Notes: a model not told the origin generated them from the sequence alone. A DNA stretch of 64,000 bases from the human T2T-CHM13v2.0 reference genome, Homo sapiens (GCF_009914755.1 NC_060929.1), one strand, 5' to 3'. Shown: positions 1 through 17,180, numbered from the stretch's first letter. Numbers and translations are program-made.

Positions 1-145
1 CACGCCTGGCTAATTTTTTGTATTTTTAGTAGAGACGGGGTTTCACCATGTTAGCCAGCATGGTCTCGATCTCCTGACTTCGTGATCCACCCGTCTCAGC
101 CTCCCAAAGTGTTGGGATTACAGGCGTGAGCCACCGCGCCTGGCC
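1..145 (-). mobile_element. Alu (AluY/Sc-like), left arm; remainder lies left of the window
   Basis: Reverse-complement Alu left monomer ending GCGTGAGCCACCGCGCCTGGCC; TTAGCCAG..ATGGTCTCGATCTCCTGAC.TCGTGATCC is Y/Sc-like. Confidence 0.9.
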
Positions 146-1027
146 TATTGCATCATTCTTATGCCTTTGCATCCTCATAGCTTAGCTCCCACATGTCAGT
201 GAGAATATATGATGATTGGTTTTCCGTTCCTGAGTTACTTCACCTAGAATAACAGTCTGCAATCTCATCCAGGTCACTGTAAATGCTGTTAACTCATTCC
301 TTTCTGTGGCTGTGTAGTATTTTATTACATATATATATACACACACACACATGTCAATCACAGTTTCTTTATCCACTCATTCTTTGATGGGCATTTGGGT
401 TGGTTCCACGATTTTGCAATTGTGAATTGTAAATTCACAATTTACAGCAGAGCTTGCAGTGAGCAAAGATCGCGCCACTGCACTCCAGCCTGGGTGACAG
501 AGCGAGACTCTGTCTCAAAAAAAAAAAAAAAAAAAAGAATGATGAAGTAGACTTTGGGGACTTGTGAGGAAGAGTGGGAGGGGGGTGAGGGATAGAAGAC
601 TACAAATATGGTGCAGTTGTAAATATGTGTGTGCAAGTATCCTTTTCAAATAATGACTTCTTTTCCTCTGGGTAGATACCCAGTAGTGGGATTGCCGGAT
701 GAAATGGTAGTTCTACTTTTAGCTCTTTAAGGAATCTCCATAATGTTTTCCCTAGCAGCTGTACTAGCTTACATTCCCACCAGCAGTGTAGAAGTGTTCC
801 CTGTTTACCACATCCATGCCAGCATCTACAGTTTTTTAATTTTTTTATCATGGCCTTTCTTGCAGGAGTGAAGTGGTATCACACTGTGGTTTTGATTTGC
901 ATTTCCCTGATCATTAGTGATGTTGAGCATTTCTTCATATGTTTGTTGGCCATTTCTACATCTTCTTTTGAGAATTATCTATTCATGTCCTTAACCCACT
1001 TTTTAATGGGATTGTTTGTTTTTTCTT
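146..1027 (-). mobile_element. L1PB-type LINE, 3' UTR/ORF2 end (interrupted at 431-617)
   Basis: ORF2 C-terminal-like translations (TWMRLQTVILGEVTQERK; [24 protein letters not shown]) and L1PB-type 3' sequence. Confidence 0.85.
431..617 (+). other. Inverted templated insertion: Alu 3' end + poly(A) + L1 3' UTR
   Basis: Plus-strand Alu 3' end 447-516, A-tail, then AAGAATGATGAAGTAG and L1 3' UTR GACTTTGGGGAC..., all inside a minus-strand L1. Confidence 0.75.
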
Positions 1028-3027
1028 TTATATGTATATATATTTATTATACTATAAGTTCAAGGGTACATGTGCACAATGTGCAGGTTTGGTACATGTG
1101 TATACATGTGCCATGTTGGTGTGCTGCACCCACTAACTCATCTTTTACATTAGGTATATCACCTAATGCTATCCCTCCCCCATCCCCCCACCCCACAAGA
1201 GGCCCCATTGTGTGACGTTACCCTTCCTATGTCCAAGTGTTCTCATTGTTCAATTCCCACCTGTGAGTGAGAACATGCAGTGTTTGGTTTTTTGTCCTTG
1301 TGATAGTTTGCTGAGAATGATGGTTTCCAGCTTCATCCATGTCCCTACAAAGGACATGAACTCATCATTTTTTATGGCTGCATAGTATTCCATGGTGTAT
1401 ATGTGCCACATTTTCTTAATCCAGTCTATCATTGGGGTTGGTTTCAAGTCTTTGCTATTGTGAATAGTGCCGCAATAAACATATGTGTGCGTGTGTCTTT
1501 ATAGCAGCATGATTTATAATCCTTTGGGTATATACCCAGTAATGGGATGGCTGGGTCAAATGGTATTTCTAGTTCTAGATCCCTGAGGAATCACCACACT
1601 GACTTCCACAATGGTTGAACTAGTTTACAGTCCCACCAACAGTGTAAAAGTGTTCCTATTTCTCCACATCCTCTCCAGCACCTGTAGTTTCCTGACTTTT
1701 TAATGATCACCATTCTAACTGGTGTGACATGGTATCTCATTGTGGTTTTGATTTGCATTTGTCTGATGGCCAGTGATGATTAGCATTTTTTCATGTGTCT
1801 GTTGGCTGCATAAATGTCTTCTTTTGAGAAGTGTCTATTCATATCCTTCACCCACTTTGTGATGGGGTTTTTTGTTTTTTTCTTGTAAATTTGTTTGTGT
1901 TCTTTGTAGATTCTGGATATTAGCCCTTTGTCAGATGAGTAGATTGCAAAAATGTTCTCCCATTCTGTGGGTTGCCTGTTCACTCTGATGGTAGTTTCTT
2001 TTGCTGTGCAGAAGCTCTTTAGTTTAATTAGATCCCATTTGTCTATTTTGGCTTTTGTTGCCACTGCTTTTGGTGTTTTAGACATGAAGTTCTTGCCCAT
2101 GCCTATGTCCTGAATAGTATTGCCTAGGTTTTCTTCTAGAGTTTTTATGGTTTTAGGTCTAACATTTAAGTCTTTAATCCATCTCGAATTAATTTTTATA
2201 TAAGGTATAAGAAAGGGATCAGTTTCAGCTTTGTACATATGGCTAGCCAGTTTTCCCAGCACCATTTATTAAATAGGGAATCCTTTCCCCATTTCTTGTT
2301 TTTGTCAGGTTTGTCAAAGATCAGATGGTTGTAGATGTGTGGTATTATTTTTGAGGGCTCTGTTCTGTTCTATTGATCTATATCTCTGTTTTGGTAGCAG
2401 TACCATGCTGTTTTGGTTACTGTAGCCTTGTAGTATAGTTTGAAGTCAGGTAGCATGATGCCTCCAGCTTTGTTCTTTTGGCTTAGGATTGTCTTGGCAA
2501 TGTGGGCTCTTTTTTGGTTCCGTATGAACTTTAAAGTAGTTTTTTCCAATTCTGTGAAGAAAGTCATTGGTAGCTTGATGGAGATGGCATTTAATCTGTA
2601 AATTACCTTGGGCAGTATGGCCATTTTCATGATATTGATTCTTCCTATCCATGAGCATGGAATGTTCTTCCATTTGTGTCCTGTTTCATTTCATTAAGCC
2701 GTGGTTTGTAGTTCTCCTTGAAAAGGTCCTTCCCATCCCTTGTAAATTGGATTCCTATGTATTCTATTCTCTTTGAAGCAATTGTGAATGGGAGTTCACT
2801 CATGATTTGGCTCTCTGTTTGTCTGTTATTGGTGTATAAGAATGCTTGCGATTTTTGCACATTGATTTTGTATCCTGAGACTTTGTTGAAGTTGCTTATC
2901 AGCTTAAGGAGATTTTGGGCTGAGATGATGGGGTTTCCTAGGTATACAATCATGTCATCTGCAAACAGGGACAATTTGACTTCCTCTTTTCCTAATTGAA
3001 TACCCTTTATTTCTTTCTCCTGCCTGA
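1028..3027 (-). mobile_element. 5'-truncated L1PA (about L1PA3-5), 2.0 kb, nested in L1PB
   Basis: Young L1 3' UTR, ORF2 fragments including [11 protein letters not shown]; approximate TSD TTTTTCTT on both sides; host L1PB resumes at about 3028. Confidence 0.9.
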
Positions 3028-8449
<5,422 letters not shown>

Positions 8450-8891
8450 TAAGGGAGGAGACCACCCCTCATATTGTCTTATGCCCAATTACTGCCTCCA
8501 AAGAAAGAAGAAGTAAAAACTAAAAGGCAGAAGTGAAATCCACAAGCAGACAGCCCGGTGCAACACCCTGGGCCTGGTAGTTAAAGATCAACCCCTGACC
8601 TAATCAGTTATTTGCATAAAAAGGCACTGTGAAGATGTGTGTCCTGTTCAGTTCCTTTCTAATTACCGGTGTATGCAGCCCCCAGTCACATACCCCCTGC
8701 TTACTCAATTGATCACGACCCTCTCACGTGGACCCCCTTAGAGTTCTGAGCCCTTAAAAGGGACAGGAATTGCTCACTTGGGGAGCTCTGTTGTTGGAGA
8801 TGTGAGTCTTGCCAAAGCTCCTGGCCAAATAAAGCCCTTCCTTCTTTAACTCGGTGTCTGAGGGGCTATGTCTGCAGCTTGTCCTGCTACA
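8450..8891 (+). promoter_or_regulatory. HERV-E 5' LTR (LTR2 family)
   Basis: Begins TAAGGGAGGAGACCACCCC, ends TCCTGCTACA; TATA-like CTTAAAAG at about 8753; AATAAA 8828-8833. Confidence 0.93.
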
Positions 8892-8896
8892 TTTCT

Positions 8897-8914
8897 TGGT
8901 TCCCTGACCAGGAA
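8897..8914 (+). other. Primer binding site, tRNA-Glu
   Basis: TGGTTCCCTGACCAGGAA, 17/18 complementary to the tRNA-Glu 3' end (TGGTTCCCTGACCGGGAA). Confidence 0.9.
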
Positions 8915-9439
8915 GCAATGTGATTAATGGATGGTTGAGGCAGCCCCTTAGGCGGCTTAGGCCTGCCCTGTGGAGCATCCCTGCAGGGGACTCCAGCCAG
9001 CTTGAGTGATGCAGATCCTGAGAGCGCTTCCAGGTAGGCAATTCCCCCAGTGGAACACCTCACCAGAGCAGTGTGTGGCAGGCCCCCATGGAGGATCAAC
9101 ACAGTGACTAACAATGGTAAGAAACTGGCACTTGGAGTCCGGACATCTGAAACTTGGTAAGACTAGTCTTTGGAACTTGCCTACTCCATTTGAGTGGAAG
9201 CATGGCCTGATCACCCATGGCATGCCCATACCGGCATTTTGTTTTTTTGTTTTTGACTTGACTTGGATTGCTTGATCCTTTGGTTTTGGTCTTGACCTGG
9301 CTTGGATTTCTCAATACTCTGATTTTGGTTCTGATTCTGGTTTGGTGTAAACTGAAAAAGTCTATGTGTGCCCTTTTTACCCATTCTTTGTTTTGTGGTG
9401 TGCGTGTGGTGTGAGCGTGGTGTTTTGTCTCGAGGAAAC

Positions 9440-11038
9440 ATGGGTCAGGCACAAAGTAAGTCCAACCCACTAGGAACTATGTTGAAAATTTTCAAAAAGG
9501 GATTTAAGGGATACTATGGAATTACTATGACACCAGGAAAACTTAGGACTTTGTGTGAGATAGACTGGCCAGCATTAGAGGTGGGTTGGCCATCAGAAGG
9601 AAGCCTGCACAGGTCCCTTGTCTCGAAGGTATGGCACAGGGTAACCTGTAAGCCAGGGCACCCAGATCAGTTGCCATATATAGATTCTTGGTTACAGCTA
9701 GATTTGAACCCCCCACAGTGGTTAAGAGGACAGGCAGCAACAGTACTAGTAGCAAAGGGACAGTTAGTTAAGGAAGGTTCTCGCTCCACCCGCTGAGGTA
9801 AGTCGGTACCAGAAGTCCTGTCCAACCCAACACCAGAAGAATCGTGGCAGGAATTGGTAACAGCAGTACCCGCCCTCCCTTATTGAGAGGGGCTCCCCAC
9901 TCCTGAGCCCATAGCATGTACACCTCCACCAGATAACCACACTCCTAGACCACCCAGAGTAGACAAAAGAGGAAGTGAAGCCACAGGAGAAAATCCTCCA
10001 TTGGCAGCTCCATTATGGCCCAAGACTGGAATCCAAATGCCCCTGAGAGAGCAGTGATATACTGGGGTAGATGAGGATGGACACATGGTGGAAAAGCGTG
10101 CCTTTGTGTATCAACCTTTCTTCTCTGCTGACCTCATCAATTGGAAAAATAATACACCATCTTATACCGAAAACCCTTAAGCTTTAATTGACTTGCTCCA
10201 AACTATTATACAGACTCATAATACTACTTTGGCTGATTGCCACCAGCTGCTCATGTACCTCTTTAATACAGATGAAAGGCAAAGGGTGCTCCGGGTGGCA
10301 ACTAAGTGGCTAGAGAGGCGCGTCCCAGCTGATTACCAAAACCTCCAAGAATATATAAGAATTCAGCTGCCAGGAGCAGACCCCCACTGGGACCCGAACG
10401 AGGGACCAGACATGGAGAGGCTAAGACGGTACTGTGAGGGATTAATAGAAGGTCTAAAGAAAGGGGCTCAAAAGGCTACAAATGTAAATAAGGTTTCTAA
10501 GGTCATCCAAGGAAAAGAGGAGAGTCCAGCACAATTCTATGAAAGACTGTGTGAGGCTTACCGTATGTACACTCCCTTTGATCCAGATAGCCCTGAAAAT
10601 CAGTGCACGATTTACATGGCCTTAGTTAGTCAAAGTGCAGAAGATATCAGGAGAAAATTGCAGAAACAGGTTGGGTTTGCAGGTATGAATACCTCACAGT
10701 TACTGGAAATAGCCAATCAAGTGTTTGTAAATAGAGATGCAATAAGCCACAGAGAAAGCCGTAAGGAAGGCGAATGCCAGGCCAGGTGAAATGCCAACTT
10801 ACTGGCTGTGGCCATTAGGGGAATTCCCTCGAAAGGAGTGGGAAAGGGGGGTTCTGGGAAGAATATCCAGTCTAATCACCCATGCTTGCAATGTAACCAA
10901 TGCACCTATTGTAAGGAAACAGGATATTGGAAAGATAAGTGTACCCAACTGAAGGAAAAGCAAGGTAATTTGGAACAAAAGACCTCAGATAAAGATGAGG
11001 GAACTTTGTTCAATCTGGCTGAAGGGCTATTGGACTGA
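9440..11038 (+). pseudogene. gag: HERV-E gag, five in-frame stops, no net frameshift
   Basis: MGQAQSK start, MA (LCEIDWPALEVGWPSEGS), CA (YQPFFSADLINWK, major homology region QGKEESPAQFYERL), degenerate zinc knuckle CTYCKETGYWKDKC; ends TGA in frame with protease. Confidence 0.92.
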
Positions 11039-14000
11039 AGGGGACCAGGCTTAAGTGCCCCCGAGGATCCCATGGTCAGGATTACAATTGGGGGCAAGGA
11101 CATTAAGTTTTTGGTCGATACTGGTGCTGAACATTCAGTAGTGACCACCCCATTTGCCCCCTTATCCAAGAAAACCATTGATATAACCAGAGCAACAGGA
11201 GTTTCCACTAAGCAGGCTTTCTATCTACCATGGACCTGCTCGGTGGGTGGACAAGAAATAGTTCACCAGTTCTTGTACATGCCTGACTGTCCCTTGCCCT
11301 TGCTGGGAAGAGACTTGCTTAGCAAGCTGACAGCCACCATCTCCTTTACAAAACAGAGCTCTTTACAGCAAAAGTTACCCAGAACAGGAGTTATCATGGC
11401 CCTTACAGTCCCCCAGGAAGAAGAATGGAGACTTTTTTTTAACCGAGCCAGGCCAAGGGATAAAACCAGCTCTAGCTAAGCAATGGCCTTGAATATGGGC
11501 AGAGGATAATCCTCCAGGACTGGTGGTCAACCAAGCCCCTGTACTCATAGAAGTTAAGCCTGGGGCCCAACCAATTAGACAAAAGCAGTATCCAGTTCCC
11601 AGGGAAGCTCTTGAAGGAATCCAGGCTCAACTCAGGCACTTGAAAGCCTATGGAATTATAGTTCCTTGCCAGTCTCCATGGAACACTCCCCTCCTGCCTG
11701 TCCCTAAGCCAGGGACCAAGGACTACTGACCAGTACAAGACTTGCATTTGGTCAACCAAGCTACAGTGACTCTGCACCCAACAGTTCCTAACCCTTACAC
11801 ATTGTTAGGGCTGCTGCTGGCTGAGGATAGCTGCTTTACCTGTCTAGACTTAAAAGATGCCGTCTTTAGCATCAGAATATCTCCTGAGAGCCAGAAGCTG
11901 TTTGCCTTTCAGTGGGAAGATCCGGAGTCAGGTGTCACTACTCAGTACACTTGGACCCAGCTTACCCAAGGGTTTGAGAACTCCCCTACTATCTTTGGGG
12001 AGGCCCTGGCTCGAGACCTGCAAAAGTTTCCTGCTAAAGACCTAGGCTGCATCTTGCTCCTGTACATGGATGACCTTCTGCTGGGACACTCCACGGCAGT
12101 CAGGTGCGCAAAAGGGATGGATGCCCTGCTTCAGCACCTGGAGGACTGTGGGTATAAGGTGTCCAAGAAGAAAGCTCAGATCTGCAGACAGCAGGTACGC
12201 TACCTGGGATTCACTATTCAGAAAGGGGAGTGCAGCCTGGGGTCATAAAGAAAGCAGGTCACCTGCAGCCTACCAGAACCTAAAACCAGGAGGCAAGTAA
12301 GGGAATTCCTAGGAGCTGTAGGGTTTTGCAGATTAGGGATTTCAAACTTTGCAATGCTAGCAAAACCTTTGTACAGGGTTACAAAGTGGGGCGATTGGGA
12401 GCGCTTTGAATGGGAACCTCTACAACAGCAAGCCTTTTGTAAGTTAAAGGAAAAATTTATGTCGGCCCCAGCCCTAGGACTACCAGATTTGACAAAGCCC
12501 TTTACACTCTATGTGTCAGAAAGAGAAAAAACGGCAGTTGGAGTTTTAATCCAGACTGTGGGGCCCTGGCCTACACCAGTGGCCTATCTCTCAAAACAAC
12601 TAGATGGGGTTTCCAAAGGCTGGCCACCATGTCTAAGGGCCCTGGCAGCAACAGCCCTGTTAGCACAAGAAGCAGATAAACTAACCCTTGTGCAAAACCT
12701 GAATATAAAGGCCCCCCATGCTGTGGTAACTTTGATGAATACCAAAGGACATCATTGGCTACCAAATGCTAGTTTAATCAAGTACCAAAGCTTGCTATGA
12801 GAAAATCCCCGCATAACCACTGAAGTCTGTAACACCCTAAATCCCGCCACCTGCTCCCAGTATCAGAGAGCCTGGTCAAGCGTAACTGTGTAGAGGTGTT
12901 GGACTCAGTTTATTCTAGCAGACCTGACTTTTGGGACCAGCCATGGGCATCAGTAGACTGGGAGTTATACGTGGATGGGAGTAGCTTCATCAACCCATAA
13001 GGAGAAAGATGTGCAGGATATGCAGTGGTAACTTTGGATGCTGCCATTGAAGCCAAACTGTTGCCACAGGGCACTTCAGCCCAGAAGCCTGAGCTCATTG
13101 CTTTAACTCGGGCTCTAGAACTCAGTGAAGGTAAGACTAAACATCTACACTGACTCTCGATATGCTTTTCTAACCCTCCAAGTGCATGGAGCATTATATA
13201 AGGAAAAGGTCCTGTTAAACTCTGGGGGAAAGGACATAAAATATCAACAAGTAATTCTACAATTACTAGAGGCAGTGTGGAAACCTCAGAAGGCAGCAGT
13301 CATGCACTGCAGGGGACACCAGCAAGCCTCCACCTCAGTGGCCTTAGGAAACTCTTGAGCTGATTCAGAAGCTCAAAATGCAGCATCTACCCCTTACTGG
13401 GCATCAGTAGCAGCCCCCTTACTCCCTCAAACACCTGACCTGGTACCTACCTATTCTAAGGAAGAAAAAGACTTCTTCCATGCAGAAGGGGGGCAAGTAA
13501 TAAAAGGAGGATGGATCAGACTGCCAGATGGGAGAGTAGCTATGGCACAATTGCTGGGAGCCACAATCATATTGGCCATGCATGAAACCACTCATCTAGG
13601 TCAAGAGTCACATGAAAAATTGTTAAGCTGCTACTTCTACATCTCATACTTGCCAGCCCTTGCCAAAGCTGTAGCACAGCAGTGCATTATTTGCCAACAG
13701 CACAATGCGAGGTAAGGCCCCACTGTTCCACCCGGCATACAAGCTTATGGAGCGGCTCCTTTTGAGGATTTTGAGGTGGATTTCACAGAAATGCCGAAAT
13801 GTGGAGGTAACAAGTATTTGCTGGTTCTTGTGTGTACTTACTCTGAGTGGGTGGAGGCGTATCCAACACAAACTGAAAAGGCCTATGAGGTAACCCATGT
13901 GTTTCTCTGAGATTTTATTCCTAGGTTTGGACTGCCTTTATGAATTGGCTCAGATAATGGGCGGGCATTTGTGGCTGACTTGGTACAGAAGACAGCAAAG

Positions 14001-14628
14001 GCATTAGGAATCACTTGGAAGCTATGTGCCACCTACTGACCTCAGAGTTCTGGAAAAGATGGAGTGAATGAATCGGACTATCAAAAATAGTTTAGGGAAA
14101 GTATGTCAGGAAATAGGATTAAAGCAGATACAGTCTCTTCCTATGATATTGTTTAAAATTAGATGCACTCCTTCTAAGAAAACAGGACACTCCCCTTAGG
14201 AAATACCGTATCATAGGCCTCCTCCCATACTACTGGGGCTTTCAGGCACTCCCCAAGTGTCAGGTGAAATTGAATTACAGCGACAGCTACAGGCTTTAGG
14301 AAAAATTACACAAACAATCTCAACTTGGGTAAATGAGAGGTATCCCATCAGCTTACTCTCCCCAGTTCACCCGTTCTCTCCAGGTGATCGCATGTGGATC
14401 AAGGACTGGAACATAGCCCCTTTGTGGCCATGGTGGAAAGGACCTCAGACCATCATCCTGACCACCCCCAAGGCTGTAAAGGTAGAAGGAATCCCATCCT
14501 GGGTCCACCACAGCCATGTGAATCCTGCAGCCGCTGAAACCTGGGAGGCAAAACAGAGCCTGGACAACCCCTGCAAAGTGACTCTGAGGAGGATGACAAG
14601 CCCTGCTCCAGTCACACCTGGAAGCTGA
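11039..14628 (+). pseudogene. pol: HERV-E pro-pol (protease, RT, RNase H, integrase), disrupted
   Basis: FLVDTGAEHS protease; LDLKDA, QGFENSP, YMDD RT; IYTDSRYAF RNase H; HETTH..CIIC, VDFT, SDNG integrase; several frameshifts and stops. Confidence 0.92.
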
Positions 14629-14650
14629 CTGGTCTATGCACAGCCAAAAC

Positions 14651-16715
14651 ATGAGGAGGATCATTGTGGGACTCACTTTCCTTATAATTTGGACTTGTAT
14701 AGTAAAAACTTCCACTGATTTTCCTCACATGTAGGACTGCTCTCAGTGTATACATCAGGTTACCGAGGTAGCACAACAAGTTACAACAATCTTTCTGTTC
14801 TATAGTTACTATGAATGCCCAGGAAATTTAAAAGGAATATGTTTATATAACGACACTCAGTATAAGGTATGTAGCCCAGGAAATGACTGGCCAGATGTGT
14901 GTTATGACCCCTTTGAGCCTCCCATGTCCACAGTTTTTGAAATAAAATTAAGGACTGAAGACTGGTGGGGACTCATAAATGATACAAGTAAAGTATTAGC
15001 CAGAACAGAAGAAAAAGGGGTGCCCAGATGCACAATCTTGAAATTTGATACCTGTGGTGTCATTAATAGCAATAAGTTAGGAAGGGGATATAGCTCTTTT
15101 AGTTGGGAAAAAGGCTATGTGACCAAAAATAAGTACATTTGTCATGAATTAGGACTGTGTGGAAATGAATGTGGATACTGGTCTTGTGTCATTTGGGCCA
15201 CTTGGATAAAAAATGAAAAGGATCCAGTCCACCTTCAGAAAGGAAAAAATGGCCCTTCCTGTACTAAGGGACAAGGTAACACCTTAGAGCTAGTAATAAC
15301 CAATCCCCTTGATCCACGCTGGAGAAAAGGGGAGCATGTGACCTTAGGAATCAATGGGGCCAGACTGGATCCTCGAGTAAATTTCTTAGTTTGAGGAGAA
15401 GTTTACAAACACTCTCCTGAGCCAGTGTTTCAAACTTTCTATGATGAACTAAATGTGCCAGTACCAGAAATTCCAGGAAAAACAAGAAATTTGTTTTTGC
15501 AATTAGCCAAGCATGTAGCCCAGTCTCTCAATGTCACTTCATGTTATGTCTGTGGAGGAACTGCAGTGGGAGATCAATGGCCATGGGAAGCCTGAAAATT
15601 AGTACATACAGACCCAGCTCCTGATGAATTCCTGGCTCAAAAGAATCACTCTAATAATTTCTGAGTCCTAAAAGCCTCAATTATTGGACAATATTGCATA
15701 GCTAGAGAAGGAAAAGAATTCACTTACCCCGTAGAATGACTTAGTTGTCTGGAACAGAAACTGTATAATGGCACCACAAAGACAGTCACTTGGTGGAGTT
15801 CAAATCACACAGAGAGGAATCCACTTAGTAAATTCCCAAAGTTGCAAACCGTGTGGACCCACCCGGAGTCCCACCGGGACTGGACAGCCCCCACTGGATT
15901 ATACTGGATATGTGGGCATAGAGCTTATGCCAAATTATCCGAACAGTGGGCGGGTAGTTGTGTTATTGTCACTATTAAACCATCTTTCTTTCTACTGCCC
16001 ATAAAGACAGGTGAACTCCTGGGCTTCCCTGTCTATGCTTCCAGTGAAAAGAGAAGCAAAGCTATAGGAAATTGGAAAGATGATGAATGGTCCCCTGAGG
16101 GAATCATACAATATTATGGGCCTGCTACTTGGGCACAAGACAGCTCATGGGGACGCCGGACCCCCATTTACATGATGAACCAAATCATACGGTTACAAGC
16201 TGTCTTAGAAATAACCACTGATACAACCAGCAGAGCCTTGACTATTCTGGCCTGGCAAGAAACTCAGATGAGAAATGCTATCTATCAAAGTAGATTGGCT
16301 CTCGACTACTTGCTAGCAGTTGAAGGAGGGGTCTGTGGGAAATTTAACCTTACTAATTGCTGTCTACACATAGATGATCAAGGGCGAGTGGTTGAAGACA
16401 TAGTTAGAGATATGACAAAACTGGCACACGTGTCCATGCAAGTGTGGCATGGATTTGATCCTGAAGCCATGTTTGGAAAATGGCTCCCAGTGCTAGGAGG
16501 ATTTAAAACTCTTATAATAGGAGTTATAATAGTAATAAAAACCTGCTTACTGCTCCCTTGTTTGCTACCTGTACTTCTTCAAATGATAAAAAAGCTTCAT
16601 CGCTACCTTAGCTCACCAAAATACTCCAGCACAAGTGTACTATATGAATCACCATCGATCTGTCTTGCAAGAAGACATGGGTAGTGAGGATGAAAGTGAG
16701 AACTCCCACTATTGA
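14651..16715 (+). pseudogene. env: HERV-E env; SU disrupted, TM region open to a late frameshift
   Basis: Signal-like MRRIIVGLTFLIIW; first stop 14732; mutated furin site SEKR; immunosuppressive domain QSRLALDYLLAVEGGVC; CX6CC-like CGKFNLTNCC; hydrophobic anchor. Confidence 0.9.
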
Positions 16716-16738
16716 GTGAGATTCTCAAATGGGGGGAA

Positions 16739-17180
16739 TAAGGGAGGAGACCACCCCTTATATTGTCTTATGCCCAATTTCTGCCTCCAAAGAAAGAAGA
16801 AGTAAAAACTAAAAGGCAGAAATGAAATCTACAAACAGACAACCCGGTGCCACACCCTGGGCCTGGTAGTTAAAGATCGACCCCTGACCTAATCAGTTAT
16901 TTGCATAAAAAAGGCACTGTGAAGATCCGTGTCCTGTTCAGTTTCTTTCTAATTACCGATGTATGCAGCCCCCAGTCATGTACCCCTGCTTGCTCAATTG
17001 ATCACGACCCTCTCAAGCGGACACCCTTAGAGTTGTGAGCCCTTAAAAGGGACAGGAATTGCTCACTTGGGGAGCTCGGTTGTTGGAGACGTGAGTCTTG
17101 CTAAAGCTCTTGCCTAAATAAAGCCCTTCCTTCTTTAACTCAGTGTCTGAGGGGTTTTGACTGCAGCTTGTCCTGCTACA
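16739..17180 (+). promoter_or_regulatory. HERV-E 3' LTR (LTR2 family)
   Basis: Direct repeat of 8450-8891; preceded by purine tract GGGGGGAA; AATAAA 17117-17122. Confidence 0.93.

Larger units (their letters stand above)
8450..17180 (+). mobile_element. Full-length HERV-E provirus (gammaretrovirus-like), defective
   Basis: Two 442-bp LTRs, tRNA-Glu PBS, gag-pro-pol-env order, polypurine tract at about 16727-16738, flanks GTGA/GTGT (4-bp TSD with 1 mismatch); host L1 5' UTR continues across it. Confidence 0.95.

Noticed and set aside
9250-9345. Pentamer-like repeats (TTGAC/TTGGT) in the proviral leader
   Set aside because: Ordinary feature of HERV-E leaders as far as I recall
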